From an uncultured Spirochaetota bacterium (GTDB lineage: Bacteria > Spirochaetota > UBA4802 > UBA5550), in the NCBI GenBank assembly GCA_963827275.1, contig CAWHAA010000004.1, forward strand, positions 1-64,000: a stretch of 64,000 bases of DNA, in the 5' to 3' direction. The notes beneath the pieces are model-generated. The model saw only the letters and a list, made by a program, of their open reading frames with translations. It did not search any database and had not been told where the DNA came from. Positions 49,040 through 59,034 of this stretch are shown here, piece after piece. The position numbers were made by a program, and so were the translations under genes. Within the stretch, counting starts at the first letter, position 1, and each line of letters begins with the position of its first letter.

Positions 49040-50098
49040 TTATTTAATCAGCTCCACTATTTTTTTTACGTCCTGAGAGGAATCCTTGTTGATCACCAGT
49101 ATCTCGTTGCCCGCCTCGACGACGACGATATTGGAAAGGCCGACGACGCTGACGCGCTTGCTTTCGGTGAACACCGAGCAGTTGTCCGAGTTGAGGAAAA
49201 TCGCCCGGTCTTTTTCCGGCGACCGGTTGCTGCTGGCGTCGGCAGGCAGTATCTCGTCGATCGATTTCCAGCTGCCGAGGTCGGTCCAGCCGAAATCGCC
49301 CGGGATCACCACCCTGTTTTCAGCGCGCTCCATGATCCCGTAATCAATGGAGACCGCTTCTACCGTGTCGAAGATTGTTTTCTTGATTTCCCACGACCGG
49401 CCGTCGTTGGATGCGATCTCCTCCGGGGCCAGGGCCGCCAGCGGCCTGAAGGCCTCGACGAGGGCCGGGAGGAGCGTGCGGTACTGCCGCAGTATCACCG
49501 ATGTCTTCCAGACGAATATTCCGCTGTTCCAGAAGTATTTTCCCGACTCGAAATAGCGCCGCGCCCGCTCGATGTCCGGCTTTTCAACAAAGGTATCGAT
49601 CGGCAGGACCGGCCCGTCGCCGTCCTTCGCCTTGATATACCCGTACCCGGTTTCCGGGTACGTCGGTTTGATGCCGATGGTGACGAGGCGGTCGGCCTCG
49701 GATTCGCGAATGCCCGTGCGGAGTATGCGGGTGAACCCGTCCCTGTCCAGAATATGGTGGTCGGCGGGGAGCGATATCATGATGGAATCTTCAAAACGCT
49801 TCTCGAGGTAGAGGGCGGCGTAGTAGAGCGCGGCCGCCGTGTTGCGCGGCCGTGGCTCGGAAAGGACGATCCCGTTCAGCCCTGACTTCCGGATCTCTTC
49901 CCGCGAGAGGTGCTCATGCTTCTTGGAGGTGACGATGATGACCTGTTCGGGGTCGAGCGGCAGCATCCTCTTGATGGTCTCCTGGAGGAGGGTCCCCTGC
50001 CCCGAGAGGTTGTGAAACTGCTTGGGCTTGTCGTCCCGCGAAAGGGGCCAGAGCCTGGTCCCCGCCCCGCCCGCCATGATAACCGGTATTAATTTCAT
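49040..50098 (-). CDS. manC: Mannose-1-phosphate guanylyltransferase
   Basis: MAGGAGTRLWPLSR..PKQF, EPRPRNTAAA, PADH, ETGYGYI, FVEKP, WNSG, SIDYGIME, WTDLGSW. Confidence 0.93.
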   Translation of the reverse strand: MKLIPVIMAGGAGTRLWPLSRDDKPKQFHNLSGQGTLLQETIKRMLPLDPEQVIIVTSKKHEHLSREEIRKSGLNGIVLSEPRPRNTAAALYYAALYLEKRFEDSIMISLPADHHILDRDGFTRILRTGIRESEADRLVTIGIKPTYPETGYGYIKAKDGDGPVLPIDTFVEKPDIERARRYFESGKYFWNSGIFVWKTSVILRQYRTLLPALVEAFRPLAALAPEEIASNDGRSWEIKKTIFDTVEAVSIDYGIMERAENRVVIPGDFGWTDLGSWKSIDEILPADASSNRSPEKDRAIFLNSDNCSVFTESKRVSVVGLSNIVVVEAGNEILVINKDSSQDVKKIVELIK

Positions 50099-50283
50099 TA
50101 TCGAATCCAGAAAAATTTATTTTTGCACATAGAATATGACTTTTTTGGAGATATATCTGTCAACTATTATTCGGGAGGGGCAGAAGAGCGGAAGGCCGGA
50201 ATCGTTATACATTAAATCATGATATGTGACGATAAATATACCGGGGCGGACGGTCCCGGTCTTTTTTTTATTGCAATTATCAG

Positions 50284-53200
50284 ATGAACATGGGTACCCT
50301 ATACCCGACTGCGCGGACCGGCGCGGGAGGGTGGACGGTCTCGACACTACCGGAGTACGAGGAACGCGAATTGGCCGAGGAAAAAAGTTTCTTACAAACC
50401 ATCAAGCTCGAGATCAGCAGGAGCTTCAAACTGGTCCCGTACGAGCGGCTCGCCTTTCACAAGGTGCTCGCGATTCTGAAATCGGATATCGGGAAGAGCA
50501 TCCTGATAAAGGAGATGGAGAAGGGCCCTGACATCAGGTACAGCGCCATTGCCTCGCTTGCCGCCTTCGAGTATCCGGACGCGACGTCCGCGCTCGTATC
50601 ACAGCTCAACAAGAACATCTCGGAGCAGGAGCAGGTCATGATCCTCGGTCACCTGATGCGGCACGGTGCGCCCGGGAACACGGCCGACTTAATCGGGTTC
50701 ATCGAGAAGGGCCAGGAACGCCAGGCGTCGCCGGTGGTCATGGCCTCGGCGTTTAATGTCCTGAAAAAGATCGGGGCCGGGTCGGGGGAGGTGCTCTCGT
50801 TCCTGGTAGCGAAAATAAACGCCGAGCGTCCCGACCCGCTGATACGGTCGATGGCGATAGAGGCGCTGTCCTCCTTTAAATCGATATCCCAGTTCGAGGC
50901 CATCCTGAAAAAAGGGGACGAGGCCTACTGCTACGCCGCCTACCGCGCGATCTACGAGCTCGCATCTGACATGGCGGACAAGGCGCGCCTCATGAAGACC
51001 GATGATGACCGCCTCTACACCTATTCGCCCGACAGCGAGGACAAGATCGTCCTCGAGATACGGGTCCTGCTGGGGAAGATGACCCATGAATTTGACGGGT
51101 ATTCCGGCAGGGTGAAGGTCGCCTTTATCAGCGCGATGATCGCGTGCAACCACCGCGAATACCTCATCTACACGATGAAGGCCCTCACGTCGGACGATGA
51201 CGACCTGGTGAGTATGACACTCTATTCCCTTTATCAGAACGTGGAGCGCCTGCGTGACCCGGACAAGCTGTTCCGGAACCTGATCGCGATATCGACCGAG
51301 ATCGACCGCTTCAACGAAATGATCGTGGACATATTCGTACGCTACTTTGCCATGCCCGTCGATACCCGGTCATTCAACCTGCTGAAAGACAAGCTGTACA
51401 ACTATATCGTCGTGACCCTTGAAACATATTTTGAGACGTACCGGAAAGAATTCATGATAACCGACGTCATCGAAAAAGGGCTCCCGGAGAGCTTCCAGCG
51501 CATCAGGAGGTTCATCCTGCATTACTGCTCGCCCGAGCTCAAAAAGGAGATCACCACGTACCTCCGCAATGAGGATCCCTCGCTGATCAAGCATATCATC
51601 GGGAGCATGGCAAAGCGGATCCCCTATGTCGAGGGGACGAGCACCGAAGACATGGCGCTCCTCATGGAAGCGCTGCTTGACAGGGACCGGAAGTCGCGGG
51701 AAAACTCGGCCTCGCGCCTGGAGGACCTCAATTTCGAGAAGCTCTACCTGAGGAACCGCATCGTAAGGCTTTGCAGGATAATCGGGAGGCTGCGGATCGA
51801 CGAGGCCTCGTCGGTGCTCGTCAATATCTACAACTATCTGAAAAAGTATACCGACAGGGACATCTTCGACGCCGCAGTGCTCACCCTGTCGACGTTGAAT
51901 TACTCCTACATGCTCGGCGAGATCGAGGTCATGATGACCGCCGGGACCCCCGATGACCGGAAAAACGCGCTGCGGCTCCTTTCGCTCTTCACCGAGCAGC
52001 GCTCCCTGAACATGATCCTCGAGTTCATTAAAAACCATATCACCGAGCAGTCGGAGATCATGCAATCTGCGCTCACCACGCTGCTGGAGCGCGATATCAG
52101 CGGGAACATCACCGCCGCCCAGATCTTCAAGGGAATCATCGGGTCGAACCAGAGCCTGGCGATACGGAGCCTTGCCGTTCTCGGCATCGGCCGATGCGGC
52201 TTCGACGCCGACATCGAGTACCTCGACGGGCTCTTTTACAAGGCAGGGCAGGACGTCTCGAAGGACATTATCGTGCGCTCCATCGTAGCCATCGTGACCC
52301 ACAGCACGACGTATAACAAGCGCCAGCTCATGCGCTTCCTCCAGGAGTATCTGAAAGATCCGGGCATCAAGGTCAGGATCTACTCGTGCCTGGTCCTCGC
52401 ACAGCTGGGAAGCAAGGAAGCCATCCGTTCGATCCGGGACATGCTGGTCATAAAGAACAAGGGCATACAGAGGGACATCCTGACGATACTGGGGGACCTC
52501 AGGTCGATTGAATTTTCATTCTTCCTGCTCTCCCTCCTCAAGGAGGAATACGGCATATCCAAGGACATTATCCCGGTCATGGAAAAACTTCCGGTTGAGG
52601 AGATGAAGGAAATCGACGGCTTCGTCGTGAACATCTTCCGCAAGTACGAGGCGCCGGTCGTTGAAGGGATCCAGTCGCAGACGGCCGAGCCGAGGATGCA
52701 GTCGATTGAAGGGTTGAAGAAGGAGCGGGTGACCATCCTGAGGATCGCCGTCACCGAACGGCACGGCCAGGATGACGAGCTGACCGTCGACGATCTCATA
52801 AAGCTCAACCTCAGGATCAGGCTGCTCATCGCCGTGACAATACAGGAAAAGGGCGGGACAATAACAAAGATGTCGAACACGGACATCGTGGCTTTTTTTA
52901 CCGGCGCCCGGCAGGCGGCGGATGCCGCGTACCGGATCGAGCAGAACATCATCGCCTATAATGCGCTGAGGACCGTGGACAGGAACATACATCTCTACCT
53001 GCAGCTCTTCACCGAGACCGTTAAGATTATCAATGACGAGATTATCGAGTTCCCGCTCCACCTGGGAGAAGCGTTCGGCAGGCTCCCCGTCCGGAACAGG
53101 GTCCTGACCGACCGCGCCACCATGGAGCTCCTGTCAGACGGCTACAGCCTGCGGGAGATCCCCCAGATCGTGCTGTCATACAACGGGTTCGCGGTGCAGT

Positions 53201-53532
53201 ATTTCGAGCTGCTGAACCCGGTAAACTTCACGTTGCTCGCCGAGCAGCTGGTCAAATCGATCAGGGAAGAGGAAGAAAAGCGCGAATTGATGCAGCAGCA
53301 GATCGAGGCGGAGCTGAAAAAGATCAAGCGGGGCGGCCGCGCCGCGTCATCGGCGTCCATCGCGCGGGGGCTCGACGATCTTTCCCAGCAGCTCCTGGCG
53401 CAGCTTGATGAAATCGACCGGTACGTGCAGAAGCGCTCGACGGACCGCGAACTGATAAAGAACGTCCGCACCATGCTCACCAACGTGCATAACCTCTACC
53501 GGGTGGAAGTTTCTCGGCTCATCATCGATTGA
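50284..53532 (+). CDS. HEAT/ARM-repeat protein with degenerate class III nucleotide-cyclase domain and C-terminal coiled coil (start uncertain)
   Basis: Helical repeats (IRYSAIASL, IRSMAIEAL, IRSLAVLGIG, LKDPGIKVRIYSCLVLAQLG); cyclase-like region at about 52720-53220. Confidence 0.75.
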   Translation: MNMGTLYPTARTGAGGWTVSTLPEYEERELAEEKSFLQTIKLEISRSFKLVPYERLAFHKVLAILKSDIGKSILIKEMEKGPDIRYSAIASLAAFEYPDATSALVSQLNKNISEQEQVMILGHLMRHGAPGNTADLIGFIEKGQERQASPVVMASAFNVLKKIGAGSGEVLSFLVAKINAERPDPLIRSMAIEALSSFKSISQFEAILKKGDEAYCYAAYRAIYELASDMADKARLMKTDDDRLYTYSPDSEDKIVLEIRVLLGKMTHEFDGYSGRVKVAFISAMIACNHREYLIYTMKALTSDDDDLVSMTLYSLYQNVERLRDPDKLFRNLIAISTEIDRFNEMIVDIFVRYFAMPVDTRSFNLLKDKLYNYIVVTLETYFETYRKEFMITDVIEKGLPESFQRIRRFILHYCSPELKKEITTYLRNEDPSLIKHIIGSMAKRIPYVEGTSTEDMALLMEALLDRDRKSRENSASRLEDLNFEKLYLRNRIVRLCRIIGRLRIDEASSVLVNIYNYLKKYTDRDIFDAAVLTLSTLNYSYMLGEIEVMMTAGTPDDRKNALRLLSLFTEQRSLNMILEFIKNHITEQSEIMQSALTTLLERDISGNITAAQIFKGIIGSNQSLAIRSLAVLGIGRCGFDADIEYLDGLFYKAGQDVSKDIIVRSIVAIVTHSTTYNKRQLMRFLQEYLKDPGIKVRIYSCLVLAQLGSKEAIRSIRDMLVIKNKGIQRDILTILGDLRSIEFSFFLLSLLKEEYGISKDIIPVMEKLPVEEMKEIDGFVVNIFRKYEAPVVEGIQSQTAEPRMQSIEGLKKERVTILRIAVTERHGQDDELTVDDLIKLNLRIRLLIAVTIQEKGGTITKMSNTDIVAFFTGARQAADAAYRIEQNIIAYNALRTVDRNIHLYLQLFTETVKIINDEIIEFPLHLGEAFGRLPVRNRVLTDRATMELLSDGYSLREIPQIVLSYNGFAVQYFELLNPVNFTLLAEQLVKSIREEEEKRELMQQQIEAELKKIKRGGRAASSASIARGLDDLSQQLLAQLDEIDRYVQKRSTDRELIKNVRTMLTNVHNLYRVEVSRLIID

Positions 53533-53560
53533 CGGCGCGGCGGGAGGAGCCGCGCGCCCG

Positions 53561-54454
53561 TTATTTTTCTATGAACCTGTTGCTCAGGTCAAGCTTGTGC
53601 TGGATCAGGGTGACCGAGTTGGTGAGGAAAAACCTGTCGTTTTTCGCCTCCAGCAGCAGGGCGTAGTGCCTGCTCGCCGTGGGGTAGTCCTGGAGCTTGA
53701 ACGCCGATTCGGCGAAATAGAAGTGGTACGCCCGGTCGTATTCCCGGCGGGTATCTATCGACTTCAGCACCACGAGCGCCCGGTGGTATTCCCCTTCCTT
53801 GAAATAGGCCTTCGCCCTCCCCAGGAGCCCGTTGTTGAAGCGGGGATCGATCCTCAGGCACTGGTCATAATATTTTTTCGCGAGCTGGACCTGGTTCCTG
53901 TTGAAGAAGAGGTCGCCGATCCGCACATAGGTGTTGAGCTCGTTCTTGTTGCGCCTGAGCGCCTCGCGGTAGCTGTCGATCGCCTCGTTGTCCCGGTACC
54001 AGAGCTGGTAAATCGATCCCATCAGGAGATAGGTGCCGGCATATTCCGGGACCACGGCCTGGGCTTTTTTGAAGTTGAGCATCGATTTTTTCAGGTTGTT
54101 CAGGTGAAGATAGCACGTCCCCAGGTTGTAGCGGAACGGGAAAAAAAGCGCCGAGTTTTTGAGGGCGGACTCCAGCGTCCCGACGGCGCCGGAAAAGTCG
54201 CCGGCCGCCATACTGTCCGCGGCCCTGTTGTTTTCAACGGCGAGGGAGCTCGATCCGGTGCAGTAGGCGATATCGTTTTTGAAATAGATGCGGTCCTTCG
54301 GGCCCGCTTCCTCCGGGGGCTTTTTTGCCAGGCGGAGCAGGTACTGCAGGCGGCTGAACTCCTCGTCTCCGACCGCAACGCCCCCTGCGGTGAAGAGTGC
54401 GGCAAGTGCCAGGATGAGGCAAATCGGTACGGCGCGCGCCAGGGCGGTCCTCAT
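53561..54454 (-). CDS. Exported tetratricopeptide repeat protein
   Basis: Signal peptide; repeated TPR units (YNLGTCY, YLLMGSIY, YVRIGDLF, LLGRAKAY). Confidence 0.88.
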   Translation of the reverse strand: MRTALARAVPICLILALAALFTAGGVAVGDEEFSRLQYLLRLAKKPPEEAGPKDRIYFKNDIAYCTGSSSLAVENNRAADSMAAGDFSGAVGTLESALKNSALFFPFRYNLGTCYLHLNNLKKSMLNFKKAQAVVPEYAGTYLLMGSIYQLWYRDNEAIDSYREALRRNKNELNTYVRIGDLFFNRNQVQLAKKYYDQCLRIDPRFNNGLLGRAKAYFKEGEYHRALVVLKSIDTRREYDRAYHFYFAESAFKLQDYPTASRHYALLLEAKNDRFFLTNSVTLIQHKLDLSNRFIEK

Positions 54455-54464
54455 GATGCGCGCC

Positions 54465-55442
54465 TCAGTAGAGGTGGCACGCGACCCGTGATTGCCTCAC
54501 GGTCCGCATCACCGGGTATTCGCTCCTGCACCGGTCCATGGCGCGGGGGCAGCGCGGGTGGAAATGACAGCCGGAGGGGGGGTACTCCGGAGACGGGATC
54601 TCCCCGGCGATGACGCTGAAGCCGTGCTTCACCGCCTTCCTGTCCGGGATCGACTTCATGAGGCTGTGCGTGTAGGGATGCAGCGGGTGCGCGTAAAGGC
54701 CTTTTTTCGGGCTCTCCTCGACGATCTTCCCGAGGTACATCACCGCTATCCGGTCGCTCATGTGCTCCACGACCGCGAGATCGTGCGACACGAAGAGGTA
54801 GGTGAGTCCCATTGATGCCTGGATCCCCTTCAGCAGGTTCAATATCTGTCCCTGGATCGACATGTCGAGGGCAGAAACCGGCTCATCCAGTATGATGAAC
54901 TTCGGATTCAGCGCGAGGGCCCGCGCAATGCCGATCCGCTGGCGCTGGCCGCCGCTGAATTCATGGGGATACCGGTCACGGTGAGCGGCCTCGAGCCCCA
55001 CGAGCCCCACGAGCTCTTCGAATTTTTTATTGATATCGCGCTGCTTCATCGGGGTGTGTATCCTGATCGGCTCGGTGACGATCTTTTCCACCGTCATCCG
55101 GGGATCGAGTGAGCTGTAGGGGTCCTGGAAGACGATCTGCATGTTCTTCCTGAACGCCCTGAGCCCGTCCCTCCCCATGGTGCTGACGCTTTCCCCGTTA
55201 ATGACGATTTCGCCGGCATCGGGTTCGATCAGCCTGAGGATGGAGCGGGCGGCGGTGGTTTTGCCGCTCCCGCTTTCGCCCACCATCCCCAGGGTCGTAC
55301 CGCGGGGTATGGAAAAGGAGACGCCGTCGACCGCCCTGATGGTCCCGGGTGGCTCGAACAGGCCGGGCTTCCTGACGCTGAAAAACTTCGTAAGGCCGGA
55401 TACGCGCACCATGTCGTCCGATGTTTTCTTCTTTTGATCCAT
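54465..55442 (-). CDS. Oligopeptide ABC transporter ATP-binding subunit (OppF/AppF-like), orphan
   Basis: [47 protein letters not shown]. Confidence 0.93.
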   Translation of the reverse strand: MDQKKKTSDDMVRVSGLTKFFSVRKPGLFEPPGTIRAVDGVSFSIPRGTTLGMVGESGSGKTTAARSILRLIEPDAGEIVINGESVSTMGRDGLRAFRKNMQIVFQDPYSSLDPRMTVEKIVTEPIRIHTPMKQRDINKKFEELVGLVGLEAAHRDRYPHEFSGGQRQRIGIARALALNPKFIILDEPVSALDMSIQGQILNLLKGIQASMGLTYLFVSHDLAVVEHMSDRIAVMYLGKIVEESPKKGLYAHPLHPYTHSLMKSIPDRKAVKHGFSVIAGEIPSPEYPPSGCHFHPRCPRAMDRCRSEYPVMRTVRQSRVACHLY

Positions 55443-55670
55443 TGCCAGGAAAATATACCTGCGTTAATTCTACATTGTCAAGATAAATTACTGCGACCAC
55501 GGATGATTGTGGGCATGGGTCGCTTTTCTCTTGCGCGGCAGGGCCCTTCGTAAAACTATATTTTTTTATTGATTTTTTAAGAGACGATATAGTTATATCG
55601 TACTGTCACGGTATGCGGGCCGCGAAAAATTCGGCAATGCGTCTGTCATATTGCCACCAGGTGCCAATAA

Positions 55671-56849
55671 GTGGAAGATTTTACCATTATATCCTACCCG
55701 GGAACAAGGAACGACCTTCTCCTGTCCCTGAATGAATCGAGGTCCCGGTACATGCTCCCGTTCGGCGGCAGGTTCAGGGTGGTGGATTTCACGCTCAGGA
55801 ACTCCTTCACCTCGCGCGCCAGGACCACCATCATATACAACAACCTTGACGACGACCTTGAGCAGTACGTGGACCGGTACGGGCCGTTCGGTGACATGAA
55901 GTTTCCTCCCATCAAAGTCATCACCAGGGAGTATTCGGACATCAAGGTCTGCTACAACCTCATTCTCGAAAGCAATACTGAATATTACCTCGTCTATAAC
56001 GGGGACAACCCTTCGATAATAGATTTCCCCGCCATAATAAAAAAATACAAGGCGCGCAAAACGGGCGCGGTCCTGTTCCGGCTGAACCTTGACGGGAAGC
56101 CCTCCATGGCCCATACCCTGCTCGTTTCGGACCAGAAGACCCTCCTGAACGTGGTGAAGGCCGCCATCAAGGATAAGCAGCAGGCCCCGAACCTTTTCGA
56201 GATGATCATCAATATAATGATAAACGCCGGGATAGCCAGGAGCAGCTTCGATGCGTACTACTGGCCGATAAAAAACGTGCCCGAGTATTACGACCTGAAC
56301 CGCGAGATCATCTGGAACCAGGAGATATTCGGCATGCTGTACCGGGAGGAGATGATCAAGAGCCAGATCGCCGCCGGCGGCATGGCCCACGTGGGACGGC
56401 ACGGCAAAATCGTCCGCTCGTTCGTATCGGATTTCTGCAAGATCAACGGGACCGTCGAGAATTCGATCATATACCCGGGGGTTGAAATCGGCGACCACGC
56501 GGTGGTCAAGGATTCCATTATCCTTCCCTACAACCGTATCGGCGCCGGGGCGCGGGTCGTCCGCTCGATTATCGATGAACGCACCGACCTCGCGCCTGAA
56601 TCGAACTACCTGAATGTCGGCATCGGGTGCAGGATCGGGTCCGGCGTCGAATTCATAAAAAATTCTGATTTTCCCCAGTCGCTTTTTTCGAGCATCACCC
56701 TGATCGGCAAGGACTGCCGCATTGCCGACAACGCGCGCATCGGCGGCGGCTGCTATGTCCAGTCGGGGCTGGGCGGGGAATTCCAGGGCGCGAAGAAGTT
56801 TCTCTACGACGGCACGTCGCTCTTCAGACCGGCGCCTGAAACACCGTGA
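55671..56849 (+). CDS. GlgC/GlgD-family protein, degenerate (GlgD-like)
   Basis: LPFGGRFRVVDFTLRN, YYDLN, INGTVENSII and a C-terminal beta-helix; lacks the GGxGxRL nucleotide-binding loop. Confidence 0.75.
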   Translation: MEDFTIISYPGTRNDLLLSLNESRSRYMLPFGGRFRVVDFTLRNSFTSRARTTIIYNNLDDDLEQYVDRYGPFGDMKFPPIKVITREYSDIKVCYNLILESNTEYYLVYNGDNPSIIDFPAIIKKYKARKTGAVLFRLNLDGKPSMAHTLLVSDQKTLLNVVKAAIKDKQQAPNLFEMIINIMINAGIARSSFDAYYWPIKNVPEYYDLNREIIWNQEIFGMLYREEMIKSQIAAGGMAHVGRHGKIVRSFVSDFCKINGTVENSIIYPGVEIGDHAVVKDSIILPYNRIGAGARVVRSIIDERTDLAPESNYLNVGIGCRIGSGVEFIKNSDFPQSLFSSITLIGKDCRIADNARIGGGCYVQSGLGGEFQGAKKFLYDGTSLFRPAPETP

Positions 56850-56866
56850 CGATGATGGAGGGAGCA

Positions 56867-57304
56867 GTGAAAACAGCCATCGCTTTCGCCTTTTCCCTGT
56901 GCCTTGCGGCAGTCATGGCCGCGTCCTGCTCGAAGGACGGCGATACAAGCGCCAGGGACCGGGGACGCTCCTGCCCCTACCTCATGGAAAAACATCATTA
57001 TGCCGGCCGCTGCCACAGGGGCTGCCGGCACCATGAATACCGGTGCGGGAGCGGCCAGGTGATTGCGCCCCGTGAATTTTTTGACGCGTCGGATTTCGGC
57101 CGCGGCCATGACAGCCTGTACGGCGGCCCGCACGGCCCGTCGGACGACGGCCGCGTTCATCACGGGGACCGGCGGCACGGCTCATTTTATGGACGGTCCC
57201 ATCGGTCCTGCCCGCACCGCCGCGGGTATGACCGTGACCGTGAAGACAAGCTGTCGGAGCGGTTCGCGCCCTCCGTGGAACCCTGTCCGGGGCACGATGA
57301 ATGA
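56867..57304 (+). CDS. His/Cys-rich putative lipoprotein
   Basis: GGAGGG ribosome-binding site and GTG start; hydrophobic signal with MAAS-C; 13 His and 6 further Cys in the mature part. Confidence 0.55.
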   Translation: MKTAIAFAFSLCLAAVMAASCSKDGDTSARDRGRSCPYLMEKHHYAGRCHRGCRHHEYRCGSGQVIAPREFFDASDFGRGHDSLYGGPHGPSDDGRVHHGDRRHGSFYGRSHRSCPHRRGYDRDREDKLSERFAPSVEPCPGHDE

Positions 57305-59010
57305 CCCCCCGCCGGTCGTGGATATCAGGGGGCGGCGGGCTGGGCCCGTGCACGGCCCTTTCCCTCGCACTGTTCCTTTTGATCGCCACCGCCGTACGGG
57401 CCGAGGTGGCGATCCTGCCGTATAAAATCAACAATCCTTCCGCTGACTTCCCTGAATCAACCGGGGGCGAGTATTCCAGGCTGGTGGCGCTCTCGTCACT
57501 GCTTGCCAAGGAAAGCATTGATGTCACCTCGCCGCGGGAGATCGACCTTGACCTGGAGCGTATGAAGCTGTCGCCCCAGGACGTGATTACAAAGGATGAC
57601 CTCGACCTTTTAGGGAGAACACGGCGTATTGACCACTTCATCCTGGGGAGCCTGTCACGAATTAAGGGCAGGTTCCGGTCGGAGAGCGTGCTCTATTCAG
57701 TCCGGCACGGGAAGGTGATTGCCCGGTCGCGGGTTGAGGCCGGAGACCTCTATACCCTTGCGGACAGGGAGACGGGAGAGGCGCTTGCGCTGTTTAAAGA
57801 TGCCACGCGGCCGCGCGGGAGCGCCGGCAGCGGAATGGACCTGCTCTTTCTTGTCGACCTCTCATACCGGATGAACAGCGACTGGATCATCGTAAAAGGG
57901 GCGGTCCTGGACCTGGCGTCGTCGCTCATCGATACGCAGCGGCTGGACACCAGGGTGTACCTGGTCCCCTTCTCGGACCGGACGGGCCACCCGTCAGCGT
58001 CGGTATCGGTCAATTCGATAGCGGCGGTCAGGGACGGGCTCGACAGGCTGAAGCCGGCGGGCGGGGCGGGCACGGAGTCGTTTGTGGCATCGCTCCGTCA
58101 TTCGCTCACCGCGGTCAGGTGGCGGCCCGACGCGGCAAAGATGATGATTATCATATCCAATACCGGGATCGTTTCCCGGACCGCGGAGGAGCTCGGCGCG
58201 CGGGCCAGGAAAAAGGGGATCACCATCCACGCGCTTTCCCTGGGCGGGGTCCCGGGTGAAACCAGCGAGGTGCTCGGCCGCCTTGCCGAGATCGGCGGAG
58301 GGACGCACGCGCACGCGGCCTACCACCAGAGGCTGTATGCCGCGGACGGCGAGCCGGTCGAGGTCTATATGGAGAACGGCAGGTTGTTCAGGTCCCGGTT
58401 TCCGGATGCCGCGTGGAAAAAAGGGCTCTACCAGGCAGGCGGGCCCCGGAGCTATTACGGCAAGCCGAAGCCGTTCATCGAGGAAATCATCAGTAACGAG
58501 AGAAAAGAGCCGGCAACCCCCTACACCATGGAAGACGCCTACGGGCGGAACACGATGGAGCGCATCATTAACCGGGACCCGCTGGAAAGCAACGTGGGCC
58601 TCCTGCTCGGCCGGATGGCAAAAAAAGGCCGCGGCCGCGCGCCCGCGGATCCCGCGGCGGCCGGCAGGGCGCTCATTTCTGACGGGGCGGTCTCTTTCTG
58701 GGTAGCGGCGCCCAGCCCGGAATTCACGGATTATTTCATCAGCGCACAGCGCAGCGGGACGGTGGTTTCTATCGGGGTCTCCGTGCGGAAGGACGCCGGT
58801 TCCCCGTACGGGATTTCGCTGCAGCCGGTGGTCAAGGGCATCGCGGCGGAGTATCTTCCCGGGATCGCAACGGTGCGCCTGGGCGACCTCGCCAGGCGGG
58901 GCGACTATTACGCCGCGCATGGGCTCTCCCGGCCGCCGGTATGGTTCGTCAGGGTCACGGTTGACAGGGCGGAAAAATCGCGCGGAAGAGAGGACGTGCG
59001 GGGGAGATAG
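57301..59010 (+). CDS. Exported protein with TolB-N/CsgG-like domain and vWA domain
   Basis: Signal ending VRA-E; VAILPY..HFILGSL; DLLFLVDLSYRM, LVPFSD, WRPDAAKMMIIIS, GITIHALSLG, LAEIGGG vWA motifs. Confidence 0.75.
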   Translation: MTPRRSWISGGGGLGPCTALSLALFLLIATAVRAEVAILPYKINNPSADFPESTGGEYSRLVALSSLLAKESIDVTSPREIDLDLERMKLSPQDVITKDDLDLLGRTRRIDHFILGSLSRIKGRFRSESVLYSVRHGKVIARSRVEAGDLYTLADRETGEALALFKDATRPRGSAGSGMDLLFLVDLSYRMNSDWIIVKGAVLDLASSLIDTQRLDTRVYLVPFSDRTGHPSASVSVNSIAAVRDGLDRLKPAGGAGTESFVASLRHSLTAVRWRPDAAKMMIIISNTGIVSRTAEELGARARKKGITIHALSLGGVPGETSEVLGRLAEIGGGTHAHAAYHQRLYAADGEPVEVYMENGRLFRSRFPDAAWKKGLYQAGGPRSYYGKPKPFIEEIISNERKEPATPYTMEDAYGRNTMERIINRDPLESNVGLLLGRMAKKGRGRAPADPAAAGRALISDGAVSFWVAAPSPEFTDYFISAQRSGTVVSIGVSVRKDAGSPYGISLQPVVKGIAAEYLPGIATVRLGDLARRGDYYAAHGLSRPPVWFVRVTVDRAEKSRGREDVRGR

Positions 59011-59034
59011 GCGGGACGCCGCGGCGCGGCCCGC

